Source: a virus
Taxonomy: Duplodnaviria; Caudoviricetes
Reading direction: 5' to 3' (one strand)
Length of the DNA stretch: 58,106 nucleotides
IMG/VR virus record: IMGVR_UViG_3300035180_000411
Coordinates: 1-58,106 of that record
The position numbers were made by a program, and so were the translations under genes. Position 1 is the first letter of the stretch, and each line of letters starts with the position of its first letter. Below are positions 8,916-18,839 of the stretch, piece after piece. The notes under the pieces are model-generated. The model had not been told where the DNA came from, ran no database searches, and saw only the letters and a program-made list of their open reading frames with translations.

Positions 8916-10816
8916 TGGCAAATGATGCATCCGCAATTATATCCAATGCTATAGCCACTGCGCAGGACATGCGCGAAGGGGCTGCTACGGCCATAGATGA
9001 TGCGCTTGGACGGTTGTCGCAGTACCGGGAGCCGCGTACCAGCGACATTCCATACATGCAGATATGGTCGAACTTCAACCTTGGTGATGCTCCAGAGTTC
9101 CACGGCCAACATTACACCCCGCCGAACAAAGATTTTGGTCCGCGTCCTGAGTTAGCTTCGAATCCTGAACGCGACTACGGGGAAAAGCCAGGTCTAACCG
9201 CGCAACAACCGTTGTTCATCGAACCGCTCCGCCCGAGCGAAATGAGGCCATTTGGCTATACACCCCCTTCACTGAACGGCCTTACTATTCCTCCTGCGCC
9301 TGCTGCGCTGTCGAACCTGAACTTTGCGCCGCCTAAACTGGCGGATATCGCTGTACCCCCTGCACCGTCAGTCCATTTGCCTGAATTTGCCGCAGTTGCT
9401 CCAGATACAGACATAGAAGCGCCCACCGACTTCGAAGCAAGATTCGCGGCCAACTATGCGAGTATGTCTGTCTCCATGCGTAACAGTTTGGATGCGGCAG
9501 TAGATGCGCACCTAAGTAAGATTAACCCCGAGTACCACAATCAGATGGCCACGCTGGAAGCCAAACTCTCCAAATATATGGCGGGGGGCACCGCGCTACC
9601 GATAGAGGTAGAGCAGGCTATCTACAACAGGGCACGTGACAAGACTAACGCTGAGTACCTTAAATCGCGTGATCAGATCATGAAGGAGGGCGCCAGTAGG
9701 GGCTTTACCATCCCTGGCGGCGCACAGTACAGCGCACTTGCTCAGTCTCGGCAAGCAGCAGCAGACAATAACGCCAGAGCTGCGATGGATATTGCCATCA
9801 AGCAAGCTGAGATGGAGCAGCAGAATATTCAGTTTGCCGTGACTCAATCTGCTAATTTGCGGGGCGTAGTGCTGCAAGCGGCGTCGTCGTTCCTGTCAAG
9901 TCTGGTGCAGATCAACGGGCAAGCCGTTGAATACGCCCGAGACGTACTCTCTGCCGCGATTGCGCTGTATGACACGATGGTGAAGATCGCTACTGCGCGT
10001 ATTGAGATTTACAAGGCTGAGGCGCAGGTATATGAAATTCGTCTGCGAGCGGTGCTGGCGGTGTACGATGTATATCAGGCAGAGATCAAAGCGATTGAAG
10101 CGCAAGTGAACGTCGATCAAGCGCGCGTAGCTGCTTTCACGGCGCAGATGAACGGCTATGGTGCCTTAGCCAATGCGTACAAAGCCGTAATAGATGGGGT
10201 AGTGGCGCAAGCTCAGGTAGAGAAACTGAAAGTCGATATTTTCGGCGCGGAAGTTAGCTCGTATTCCGCTGAAGTCGGGGCTAAACAAGCAGAGTGGCAA
10301 GGGTTTATTGCGCAGGTACAGGGGGAGTCTGCCAAACAACAAGCCTATGGTGAGGAAGTCAGGGCCTACGCAGCCGAGGTAGAGGGGTACAAGACAAGTG
10401 TTTCTGCCTGGGCGGAAGAGGTCAGAGCCGTAGCGGCCAAAAATGAAGGGGCGCTTAAAGTATATGAAGCGGCGGTTAAAGCATATATAGCCCAGGTGCA
10501 GGGGGCAAGTGCCTCGGCCAAGGCTGAGGTTGAATCGTTTGCGACTACTTTACAGGGATATGTGGCAAAGGCGAATGCAGAAGAAGCGCGGGCGAAGGCG
10601 GATATACAGGCGGCAGCAGCTAACCAGTCAGCGCTTCTTGCTGTGCGGGATGCGAACAACAAGACCTTGCTAGCTACGTCTTCCGCGTATAATAGCTATA
10701 TGACAAACGCTGCAAGCGTAGCGGTTAACGCTTCGAACGTGTATGCAAGCATGGCAAATTCTGCAATGGCGGGCATTAGCTCGCTCGGTGCAGTAGTTGA
10801 AACGATTACTGGGTAA
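8915..10816 (+). CDS. Ala-rich coiled-coil virion protein (possible internal/ejection or tail protein)
   Basis: 633 aa; Pro-rich N-terminus, then long helical repeats with periodic Y/F. Confidence 0.6.
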   Translation: MANDASAIISNAIATAQDMREGAATAIDDALGRLSQYREPRTSDIPYMQIWSNFNLGDAPEFHGQHYTPPNKDFGPRPELASNPERDYGEKPGLTAQQPLFIEPLRPSEMRPFGYTPPSLNGLTIPPAPAALSNLNFAPPKLADIAVPPAPSVHLPEFAAVAPDTDIEAPTDFEARFAANYASMSVSMRNSLDAAVDAHLSKINPEYHNQMATLEAKLSKYMAGGTALPIEVEQAIYNRARDKTNAEYLKSRDQIMKEGASRGFTIPGGAQYSALAQSRQAAADNNARAAMDIAIKQAEMEQQNIQFAVTQSANLRGVVLQAASSFLSSLVQINGQAVEYARDVLSAAIALYDTMVKIATARIEIYKAEAQVYEIRLRAVLAVYDVYQAEIKAIEAQVNVDQARVAAFTAQMNGYGALANAYKAVIDGVVAQAQVEKLKVDIFGAEVSSYSAEVGAKQAEWQGFIAQVQGESAKQQAYGEEVRAYAAEVEGYKTSVSAWAEEVRAVAAKNEGALKVYEAAVKAYIAQVQGASASAKAEVESFATTLQGYVAKANAEEARAKADIQAAAANQSALLAVRDANNKTLLATSSAYNSYMTNAASVAVNASNVYASMANSAMAGISSLGAVVETITG

Positions 10817-10832
10817 CAGCGGAGTTTAAGAC

Positions 10833-12923
10833 ATGAGTGGTGCGATACCTGTAAGTGCTTCTGGCGGGCTATTACGCATATCCTCTAACGCAGACCTTGC
10901 GCGGCAGGAAGAAGCTACCGCGCGGCAGGCGGCTGAGGAAAACAATAACCAGCCGGTACTACGGGGGTTAGCAGGGCATGTGATGGGGTGCTGGGAATCG
11001 GCGCGTGCCGCTAAAACGGTTATCACGGAAAGATTGTTGTCCGCGCAGCGCGCTCGCCAAGGTAAGTACGATCCCGCCAAGGAAGCAGCCATTAAGGAGT
11101 TTGGCGGATCAGAGGAGTACGCGCGTATCACGGACAACAAGTGCCGCACTGCTGCTGCGTGGCTTAAAGATGTGTACCTTGGTCAAACCGACATGCCGTG
11201 GACGCTCAAACCCACTCCAATCCCTTCTCTGCCGGACGATTCGCTAAATAAGATCAAGGCACAGGTTGGTCAGGAAATTGCACAGGCGTTCGCCGCTACA
11301 GGCCAAGCCCCGGCACAGGAGGACGTGACCGCCCGTATGGATGCATTACGTGATGCCGAGACGGAGCGCATCAACGAGAGCGCTCGTGAAACTACGGAGC
11401 GAATGGCTAATAAGATAGAAGATCAAATGGCCGAGGGAGGCTGGGCGGCTGCTTTCGCGGACTTCTTGGACGACCTGGTTACGTACCCCGTAGCGCACTT
11501 CAAGGCACCTGTCCTACGTAAGCGTTCTACGGTGGTGTGGAACTCAGAAGGCGGAACCTGGATACCAAGAGTAGAAGAATCCATCGGTATGGATTTTGAG
11601 CGCGTAGACCCGTTCCGTATTTATCCTTCGCCGGGGGCCACCAGTCCGCAGGACGGTTCGATGTGCGAGATTCTTCCGTATTCCCGCGACGACCTATATT
11701 CCTTGATCGGTGTTCCTGGCTTTGATGAAGCCGCCATCCGGGCGGTGCTGGAAGAGTACGGTAGGGGCGGCCTTGTTAATTGGCTTGGTATCAGCCCCGA
11801 ATACCAGAAAAACGCAATCAACGATATCCCGCTGCACAGCCAGACTCCAGGAAACGTTGACATTGAGTGTCTGGAGTTCCACGGCCCGGTACGGGGGCGT
11901 GATCTTTTAGAGTGGGGCATGGACGAGTCCATGATCGACGATCCGGATAAGGACTATGAAGCTACGGTGTGGTTGATAGGCCGGTGGGTCATCAAGGCAC
12001 AACTCAACCCGGACCCCCTCAAGAAACGTCCGTATTACAAGGCCAGCTACCAGACCGTTCCAGGCTCTTACTGGGGTAATGGTTTGGTAGATTTGCTTGA
12101 TGACGTGCAGGGCGTGGTCAACGCCGCAGTGCGCTCACTGGTGAATAACATGGGAATGGCCAGTGGCCCGATGCTTGGTGTCAACGTGGACCGTCTGGCT
12201 CCCGGTGAGGAATTAACAACGCTTCGTCCGTGGCAGATTGTGCAACTGGTTAACAGTGAGTACGGCAACAATGCTGATCGACCTCTTGAGTTCTTTCAGC
12301 CGCAGTCGAATGTGAACGACCTGCTGGTGGTCCTTAACCGATTCTATGATCTCGCTGATGACTTCTCAATGGTTCCTCGCGTCATGGCGGGCCAGTCCCC
12401 TACCGGCGGTGTTGGCCGTTCCGCGTCGGGTATGTCTATGATGATGAACGCCGCGAACAAGGGACTAAAGGGTATCGTATCTGCAATCGACACAAGCGTG
12501 CTAACCCCGATGATTACTTCGGTGTACAACTACAATATGCTGTTCGATCCCGATATGTCGATCAAGGGTGATGCTCAGGTTGTGGCCTCTGGTGCTACCA
12601 GCTTGATGCAGCTTGAGTCCTTGCAGTTGCGTAGAAATGAGTTCCTGACATCGACTAACAATCCGAACGATATGCAGATCGTTGGCGTGGAAGGTCGAGC
12701 GGAGGTGCTGAGGGAAGTGGCCAAGGGTCTGGATATCGACGTTAATCGTATCATCCCTTCCCGAACTCAGCTCCAGGCGATGCAGCAACAGAATGACGCC
12801 GCGCAAGCGGCACAGCAGCAACAGGGAGCGGGGCAACCTCCTGCTCCGGGTGGGGCACAGTTGCAGGACGGTAGTGCGGTGACTAACAATTTTGGGCCAA
12901 GCAGCCTGCGACAGCCCTCGTAG
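10833..12923 (+). CDS. Portal protein
   Basis: 696 aa; VDPFRIYPSP, SYWGxGLxDLLxDxQ..NA..R...NN motifs, RSASGMSMMM, Gln-rich C-terminus; precedes scaffold and capsid. Confidence 0.85.
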   Translation: MSGAIPVSASGGLLRISSNADLARQEEATARQAAEENNNQPVLRGLAGHVMGCWESARAAKTVITERLLSAQRARQGKYDPAKEAAIKEFGGSEEYARITDNKCRTAAAWLKDVYLGQTDMPWTLKPTPIPSLPDDSLNKIKAQVGQEIAQAFAATGQAPAQEDVTARMDALRDAETERINESARETTERMANKIEDQMAEGGWAAAFADFLDDLVTYPVAHFKAPVLRKRSTVVWNSEGGTWIPRVEESIGMDFERVDPFRIYPSPGATSPQDGSMCEILPYSRDDLYSLIGVPGFDEAAIRAVLEEYGRGGLVNWLGISPEYQKNAINDIPLHSQTPGNVDIECLEFHGPVRGRDLLEWGMDESMIDDPDKDYEATVWLIGRWVIKAQLNPDPLKKRPYYKASYQTVPGSYWGNGLVDLLDDVQGVVNAAVRSLVNNMGMASGPMLGVNVDRLAPGEELTTLRPWQIVQLVNSEYGNNADRPLEFFQPQSNVNDLLVVLNRFYDLADDFSMVPRVMAGQSPTGGVGRSASGMSMMMNAANKGLKGIVSAIDTSVLTPMITSVYNYNMLFDPDMSIKGDAQVVASGATSLMQLESLQLRRNEFLTSTNNPNDMQIVGVEGRAEVLREVAKGLDIDVNRIIPSRTQLQAMQQQNDAAQAAQQQQGAGQPPAPGGAQLQDGSAVTNNFGPSSLRQPS

Positions 12924-12962
12924 CTTGTTAGTGTATTTGACATAATGCTATTATAGGAGTAT

Positions 12963-13154
12963 ATGACTGTGGCAACGAAACAAGCGTTTTTGTTTGGCAA
13001 AGGGAAGAAAGGCCCGGCTGAAAAGTCTGAGCCCAAAAAAGGTGAAATGAAGGAACTCAAGTTGTCACCCGGTGTCCGTAAGAAGGCCGAGGCCAATGAG
13101 GCAATGACTCCCGCCTTCAAAAAAGGTGGCCCTGTTAAATCCAAGAAATGTTAA
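12963..13154 (+). CDS. Small Lys-rich protein with FKKGGPV motif
   Basis: AGGAG SD; 63 aa, basic. Confidence 0.6.
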   Translation: MTVATKQAFLFGKGKKGPAEKSEPKKGEMKELKLSPGVRKKAEANEAMTPAFKKGGPVKSKKC

Positions 13155-13166
13155 GGAGAAGTTGGT

Positions 13167-13376
13167 ATGTCAAGACGTGAGGAACTATCGGTAAATACAC
13201 TTATCACCCCCACGGGCGCGCGCCGCTCCTATGGCACTGCGGCGCCTACCGCTGGTAAGTGGGGCGTAGGTGACACCGTTATCAATACTGTCCCTACCGC
13301 AGGCGGAGTTTATTGCTGGGTCTGCGTAACGGCTGGCACTCCAGGAACCTGGAAATCGGTTGCTATCGCGGCCTGA
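13167..13376 (+). CDS. Small structural protein (fibre-type motif)
   Basis: APTAGKWGVGD...WVCVTAGTPGTWK; AAGGAG SD. Confidence 0.6.
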   Translation: MSRREELSVNTLITPTGARRSYGTAAPTAGKWGVGDTVINTVPTAGGVYCWVCVTAGTPGTWKSVAIAA

Positions 13377-13603
13377 TGATTAAGCCGAACGAACCCGTGC
13401 TGGGAAGGCTATATGCTATCCGGCACGACACGGAACTAACCGGCTGGCTATCCGCTAGTTTGGAAGCGTACCGCGATGCAGCGGTGATGCAGCGAGACGA
13501 AACAGAGCTGCGAATCATTCAGGGGAAGGCCCAAGTTCTGAAAGAGATACTGGAACTGATAGCCAAGTCCCCTGAGACAATCGATAAATTACGGAGAGCC
13601 TGA
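13376..13603 (+). CDS. Small helical protein between portal and scaffold
   Basis: ATG at 13376 overlaps the previous TGA; QGKAQVLKEIL pattern typical of this position in podoviruses. Confidence 0.6.
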   Translation: MIKPNEPVLGRLYAIRHDTELTGWLSASLEAYRDAAVMQRDETELRIIQGKAQVLKEILELIAKSPETIDKLRRA

Positions 13604-13656
13604 ATGTACTGCACCCTTTCTGGGAGAGCATGTACCGGCACCGATAGGAGATAGTT

Positions 13657-14625
13657 GTGAACCCTTCGAAGTTAGCAGAGATGGAAGCAGAAGCAGATCG
13701 TGTAATTCAGGACTTGCATACGGCCAATAATGCCGAGCCAGTCGTGGAAAGCGAAGCCGCTAACACCCCTGAACTGGTGCAGCCAATTGACGACCAGGGC
13801 GTTTCTGACGCTAAAACAATTGCAGACAGTTCCGCCAATAATGGGGAACTGGACAAGCTGAGAGAAGAACTGAGCACCTCCGAGCAACGGTATCGCACGT
13901 TGACTGGAATGATTGAAGCGCGCAACAGGGAAAACGATTCGCTTCGTGCCCTTGTCGCACAGCTTACACAGTCCGTAGAGCAGCTTAAAGCAAGCGCTCA
14001 GACCCAACCCGCTGCGGCCCCCTTGGTCAGTTCTGCTGACGAAGAGGCTTTTGGTGGAGACCTGATCGACGTAATGCGCCGGGTGGCACAAGAAACTGCC
14101 GCTAAGGAACTTGCGAAATTGAAAGGTGAAGTTGGTGCGGACATCGAACAGCTTAACCGGCAAGTAAGTACAGTGGCGGAAGTCACTGCGACTTCAGCGG
14201 TAGAGCGGTTCGAAAGCAAGCTGGATTCGGTGGTTCCTAATTGGCGTGAGATCAACCTTGAGCCGGGTTTTACTGCATGGCTTAACGAGTACGGTATGTT
14301 GGAACCGCTTAATGCGGCGTATAGCAACATGGATTTAGCTAAGACAGCCAAGTTTTTTAATGGTTATCTGAAGTTTACAGGCGCAGCACGCACAGCTCCG
14401 GTGAAACCCACCACGGCAGCAAGCGCAGCCGACTTCGTGGCCCCTGGCAAGTCCAAGGCTACTCCTGCACCCGTAGATACCCCAACCGGGAAAATCTGGA
14501 CTGCGGCAGACATTAACCGTCTATATGAAGACCAGCGTACCGGCAGGCTCACGCCGGAGAAGTTTCAGTCTCTCGAAGCAGACCTATTCAAAGCGCAGTC
14601 AGAAGGGCGGTTTACCCGTGGGTAG
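13657..14625 (+). CDS. Capsid scaffolding protein
   Basis: Acidic coiled coil, VPNWREIN..FxxWL, C-terminal AxxEGR; directly before the capsid gene. Confidence 0.75.
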   Translation: MNPSKLAEMEAEADRVIQDLHTANNAEPVVESEAANTPELVQPIDDQGVSDAKTIADSSANNGELDKLREELSTSEQRYRTLTGMIEARNRENDSLRALVAQLTQSVEQLKASAQTQPAAAPLVSSADEEAFGGDLIDVMRRVAQETAAKELAKLKGEVGADIEQLNRQVSTVAEVTATSAVERFESKLDSVVPNWREINLEPGFTAWLNEYGMLEPLNAAYSNMDLAKTAKFFNGYLKFTGAARTAPVKPTTAASAADFVAPGKSKATPAPVDTPTGKIWTAADINRLYEDQRTGRLTPEKFQSLEADLFKAQSEGRFTRG

Positions 14626-14671
14626 CAGCAGACTGCGGTAGTATCTTTTAACGTATTGAAGGAGATTTACA

Positions 14672-15592
14672 ATGGCATTTCCAACCGTTGCAGGAACCCC
14701 GAGTTACTCGGGAACGTTTATCCCGGAGATTTGGTCCTCCAAACTTCAGGCCAAATACTACGATGCCACTGTGCTGGCGCAGATTACCAACCATGACTGG
14801 GAAGGTGAAATCAAGGGGCAAGGCGATAAAGTCAAGATTCGCACTATCCCTACCCTCACTATCAACGATCACGTGTCGGGTCAGACTCTGGCTTTGCAGC
14901 GTCCTACCAGTAACAACATTGAGTTGCTTATCGACAAAGGTAAGAGCTGGTCTGTGATCCTCGACGATATTCAGCATGTGCAGCAAGACCTCAACGCCAT
15001 GAACATCTGGACTTCGGACGCTGCCGAGCAGATGAAGATCGCCGTCGATACCGACGTGCTCGGTGCTCTTACCCCCGATGTGGCCGCTACCAATAAGGGC
15101 GCAACTGCCGGGCGTCTGTCCGGCAATATCAATCTGGGTGCTACTGGTGCTCCGGTGGCCATGACCAAGGTCAATGTCATTGATTCTATCGTCGATATGG
15201 GCTTGGTGTTGGATGAGCAGAATGTTCCCGAGACCGGACGCTGGATCGTTATCCCTGCGTGGATGGCGGCCCTGCTCAAAAAATCTGACCTGAAGGATGC
15301 CTCGTTGACTGGTGACGGTTCTTCTGTGTTGCGTAATGGTCGCCTCGGCTCCATTGATCGTTTCACGCTTTACTCGTCCAACCTGCTGCCGCGTGTAACC
15401 GATGGTTCTGTGCAAGCGTACACTATGTACGCCGGCACCCGCGACGCTATCTCGTTTGCTACTCAGCTTACCAAGGTAGAAACCCTGCGCGCCGAGAGCA
15501 CTTTTGGTGATATTATGCGCGGTCTGAACGTGTATGGTTACAAGGTCACCAAGCCAGAAGCCATCGCCGCGATGTACGCCTACAAAGCGTAA
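14672..15592 (+). CDS. Major capsid protein
   Basis: FIPEIWSxKL..N.DWEGEIK.QGDKV.I and YGxKV..PE motifs of podoviral HK97-fold coat proteins; AAGGAG SD. Confidence 0.9.
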   Translation: MAFPTVAGTPSYSGTFIPEIWSSKLQAKYYDATVLAQITNHDWEGEIKGQGDKVKIRTIPTLTINDHVSGQTLALQRPTSNNIELLIDKGKSWSVILDDIQHVQQDLNAMNIWTSDAAEQMKIAVDTDVLGALTPDVAATNKGATAGRLSGNINLGATGAPVAMTKVNVIDSIVDMGLVLDEQNVPETGRWIVIPAWMAALLKKSDLKDASLTGDGSSVLRNGRLGSIDRFTLYSSNLLPRVTDGSVQAYTMYAGTRDAISFATQLTKVETLRAESTFGDIMRGLNVYGYKVTKPEAIAAMYAYKA

Positions 15593-15644
15593 TGTGATAA
15601 TATAGGGGGTAGTTAGCTACTCCCTGCTCAAAGGAGATTCAGAT

Positions 15645-16118
15645 ATGACGACTATTGTAAATTATGGCGGTCCGAACCAGCGCCCTATTGTGTCCTACAG
15701 CGGGTCCAACGCTGCCGGTTTTCCGGCCCCGGTTGTGATCGAAGGCTTCCTCGACTGCACCCGAACCTCGGCTCCTATGGCTCAGAATGATGTGGCTGAG
15801 GTCGTTTCCATCCCCGCCGGTACGTTTATCCAAGGCGTAGTCTGGGAAGTGGAAGTTGTTGAAGGCGCCGCGCGTAACTTCGCAGTGGGTGACGGCTCTA
15901 ATACGTCTGGTTTTGTGCCGTCTACTTCGGCTAATTCGATTGGCTCTGGCTGCTCCGCGCTGGCTTTGACCGAAGGTACGCCCAATACCGTTACGGGTTA
16001 CACCGCCGGTAAATACTATGCTGCCGCCGACACCATCGACGTGCTGGCTGTAACTGCTGGTGGCCTGACCGGCGCCAAGATTCGCCTGAAAGCCTTTGGC
16101 TGGACGGTCGGTCTGTAA
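15645..16118 (+). CDS. Capsid decoration/cement-like protein
   Basis: 157 aa beta-rich (IPAGT, YxAADTIDV) right after the capsid gene. Confidence 0.6.
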   Translation: MTTIVNYGGPNQRPIVSYSGSNAAGFPAPVVIEGFLDCTRTSAPMAQNDVAEVVSIPAGTFIQGVVWEVEVVEGAARNFAVGDGSNTSGFVPSTSANSIGSGCSALALTEGTPNTVTGYTAGKYYAAADTIDVLAVTAGGLTGAKIRLKAFGWTVGL

Positions 16119-16130
16119 TACCCCCGCTAG

Positions 16131-16143
16131 GGGCTTCGGCCCC
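16131..16143 (+). terminator. GC hairpin with TTCG loop after the capsid genes (terminator or processing site)
   Basis: gggc-ttcg-gccc; U-tract is weak. Confidence 0.4.
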
Positions 16144-16171
16144 TGGCCCCTAATTCCTTGAGGACGATACT

Positions 16172-16378
16172 ATGGCACTGCTCCGACACAAACCCACAGG
16201 CGATCTCTACGTAAGTACCACCGCTTTGTTGGCACGCGGTGATATGGAAGTTGTTGCAGACGAAGTTACTGCAGACGAAGTTACTGCAGAAGAAGTTGTT
16301 GCAGACGAAGTTACTGCAGAAGAAGTTGTTGCTGCTGAGGACGTTGACCTCGATGCCTTGCTTGATGCCCACGAATAA
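16172..16378 (+). CDS. Small acidic protein with EV(V/T)A(D/E) repeats
   Basis: GAGG SD; about six 15-nt tandem repeats at 16247-16333. Confidence 0.6.
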   Translation: MALLRHKPTGDLYVSTTALLARGDMEVVADEVTADEVTAEEVVADEVTAEEVVAAEDVDLDALLDAHE

Positions 16379-17037
16379 TGCTCGGCGCTGACCTGCTCGA
16401 TACTATTCGCACCGACATGCTGCGCGACACTGCGCAGCCTTACCTATGGTCTGACGACCTGATCTACCGCTACCTCAATGAAGCCCAGGAGCGTTTCTGC
16501 CGCCGGACTTACGCACTGCTGGACGATGAATCTGATCTCACGACATTCGATACCGAAATTGGCGTGAGTAGCTACGGTTTAGACCCCAAGATTTTGATGG
16601 TAAACTCAGCGCGTATCGTTACAGAACCTAACGATTTGCTCAGCCGCACGCGCCAAGTAATACCCACCCACCTAGCCGATAGTACCGGCATTCCATTGCT
16701 GTTTACTCAGGACGAAGCCCAAGGGAAAATTAGGCTGTACCCCGTGCCGGATAAGGTCTACACGATTGTTACGCGCGTCTCGCGTCTTCCTCTGACCCAA
16801 ATATCCGACGCAGTAGCCCCCGAGATTCCGGAGCAGTATCATTTGGATTTAGCTGAGTTTGCGGTCTATCGCTGCTTGAATAACAACGACCCGGACGGTA
16901 GCAACGCCAACGCCGCCCAGAATTTCCTGAAAACGTGGTCTCAGCGTCTAATAGAAGCTAACCGCGAATATTACAGAATACGGCTAAACAATAACCCACT
17001 GGTTCGGCAGAGCTGGACGGGCAAACAACCGAGGTGA
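16378..17037 (+). CDS. Head-tail adaptor / tail tubular protein A-like
   Basis: WSDxxIxRYLNEAQ, IRLYPVPD and PEIPEQYHxxL motifs. Confidence 0.75.
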   Translation: MLGADLLDTIRTDMLRDTAQPYLWSDDLIYRYLNEAQERFCRRTYALLDDESDLTTFDTEIGVSSYGLDPKILMVNSARIVTEPNDLLSRTRQVIPTHLADSTGIPLLFTQDEAQGKIRLYPVPDKVYTIVTRVSRLPLTQISDAVAPEIPEQYHLDLAEFAVYRCLNNNDPDGSNANAAQNFLKTWSQRLIEANREYYRIRLNNNPLVRQSWTGKQPR

Positions 17038-17045
17038 GGTAGCAT

Positions 17046-18836
17046 ATGGGCGATTCATACATATACCCTGGACGCGCGCTGCGAGCAGGCGGCGGTATGT
17101 ATCCTATATCGGATTTATTTTCTGTAGAGGATACACCTAGACCGGAGGTGCAACCTGCGCCGCAGGCACAGTCTCCTCGCCCTGCTGTAGGAGGTGCATC
17201 AGGTACGTGGGATGCCCCTACTGTAGGAGGTACATCTGGTATAAGAAACACTCCTGCGCAACCAAGCCCATCGGCGGTACCAACTACACAGCCTTTTAGC
17301 GCGCCTAACGCGGATCGTTATCGTGACATTGCGGACAATCCAAATGGGGGCAATGCCACCAACGCACAATGGAACCAGGCCGCTGCCGACTGGAAAAATG
17401 TACTGCCGGGTCAATCTATCAATGACTATCGCCAAGGCAACCCCGGCGCGATACAGAATCTAAACGTCAGCCCCGCTTCGGGCAACTATAACCCGGACAA
17501 CGTTCGCGCTCAGCGCGACCAGGATGCCTATTGGGGGGCGCAGCGTATGCTGGCTAATGCGCAGTCCCCGTATGAAAGAAATATGGCGCTGACCGCGCTT
17601 AACAACCTGCGAGCTAATGATGTAGCGCTGCGGGGGCAGGACGTTACCCAGTACGGGTACAATCAATCTCGCGGAACGGAGCAGGATCGTATCGCGGGGT
17701 TGCAACGTCTCCAAGATACTAACCCAGCGCTGCCGGCTAATGCGTACGATGCCCTCGCACGTGGGGCATTAAATACGGCTCAAGCGCAAGGTCTTGACCT
17801 GTCGAACCAATATACTCAGTCTCTGAATGCGCTGAAACAGCGCATTATGAGCGATACGAACCCTAAAACACGCGAGGAGGGGCTGGCGCACCTTCAGCAA
17901 CTGATATACGCAAGCATGCCGCCGGTCCCGCTCAAACAGTTCTCGAATGGGGCACAGGAGAGTGACATCTTAGTCCCCGCAGCCGCTGCCCTTAATGCTC
18001 CATACCAGCGCGCCCCAAGCAGTACCCCCCCTACGAGCCGCGAGCAAATGCTGCGAGACCCGGTATTTCTCAGCAAAACACCTGAACAGCAAAAAATACT
18101 CTTGGACACTGTAAAATTCGCTGAAGGTGGCCCCATCGGTTACGCTCAAGGCGGTGCAATCCAGAACCCGGCGCAAGACCTAATGCAGCAGGTTCACCCA
18201 CTGGTTAGCGAGTACCGGCGCTATGCGGTTATGGCGCAGCAGATGGGGGCTACGCCGGTGTCGTTCGAAGACTTTGGCGCGTTGAGACAGGCAGCAGTTG
18301 CGCAACAAAACCAGCCGCAGAGCCCCTATGGTGGAGCGGTTGCACCGCAGAATCAGCCGCAGAGTTTCTCCGATGGAGGCGCTGTATGGAACGACCAGCC
18401 CGTTGACGGTTACGCCGACGGCGGCGGAGTAGCTGGTTGGCTACGTGAGAAGTTCATGCCGCAGACAACGGCGGCTATACGGGGCGATAACCTACAGCGG
18501 CAGATAGACCAGCAGACTGCCCCACAGCGCGTTGCGTATGTTCCGCCGAGCCAACCTACGGCGGAGGTGCATTCTTCTGATCCTGAAACAGAAGCATTGC
18601 TTCGCAAGTACAAAAACGTGGGCTACGCCAATGGCGGTGCGATCCCCGTAGGGGGGAACCAAGTGCTAGGTCCTGGAGACGGCAAATCTGACTCAATCCC
18701 TGCGGTAATTGACGGGCATCGTCCCGCTGCGCTGAGTACAGGCGAGTTCGTTATGCCCGTCGAAACTGTGCGTCACTTCGGCATGGACCGTTTGAGAAAA
18801 ATGGTGGAAGCCTCCCGTAAACCTCAAGGGAACTAA
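17046..18836 (+). CDS. Internal virion (ejection) protein with repeated (F/Y)xxGGx(V/I) motifs
   Basis: Gln/Ala-rich; C-terminal GPGDGKSDSIPA...LSTGEFVMP domain. Confidence 0.65.
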   Translation: MGDSYIYPGRALRAGGGMYPISDLFSVEDTPRPEVQPAPQAQSPRPAVGGASGTWDAPTVGGTSGIRNTPAQPSPSAVPTTQPFSAPNADRYRDIADNPNGGNATNAQWNQAAADWKNVLPGQSINDYRQGNPGAIQNLNVSPASGNYNPDNVRAQRDQDAYWGAQRMLANAQSPYERNMALTALNNLRANDVALRGQDVTQYGYNQSRGTEQDRIAGLQRLQDTNPALPANAYDALARGALNTAQAQGLDLSNQYTQSLNALKQRIMSDTNPKTREEGLAHLQQLIYASMPPVPLKQFSNGAQESDILVPAAAALNAPYQRAPSSTPPTSREQMLRDPVFLSKTPEQQKILLDTVKFAEGGPIGYAQGGAIQNPAQDLMQQVHPLVSEYRRYAVMAQQMGATPVSFEDFGALRQAAVAQQNQPQSPYGGAVAPQNQPQSFSDGGAVWNDQPVDGYADGGGVAGWLREKFMPQTTAAIRGDNLQRQIDQQTAPQRVAYVPPSQPTAEVHSSDPETEALLRKYKNVGYANGGAIPVGGNQVLGPGDGKSDSIPAVIDGHRPAALSTGEFVMPVETVRHFGMDRLRKMVEASRKPQGN

Positions 18837-18839
18837 GAT

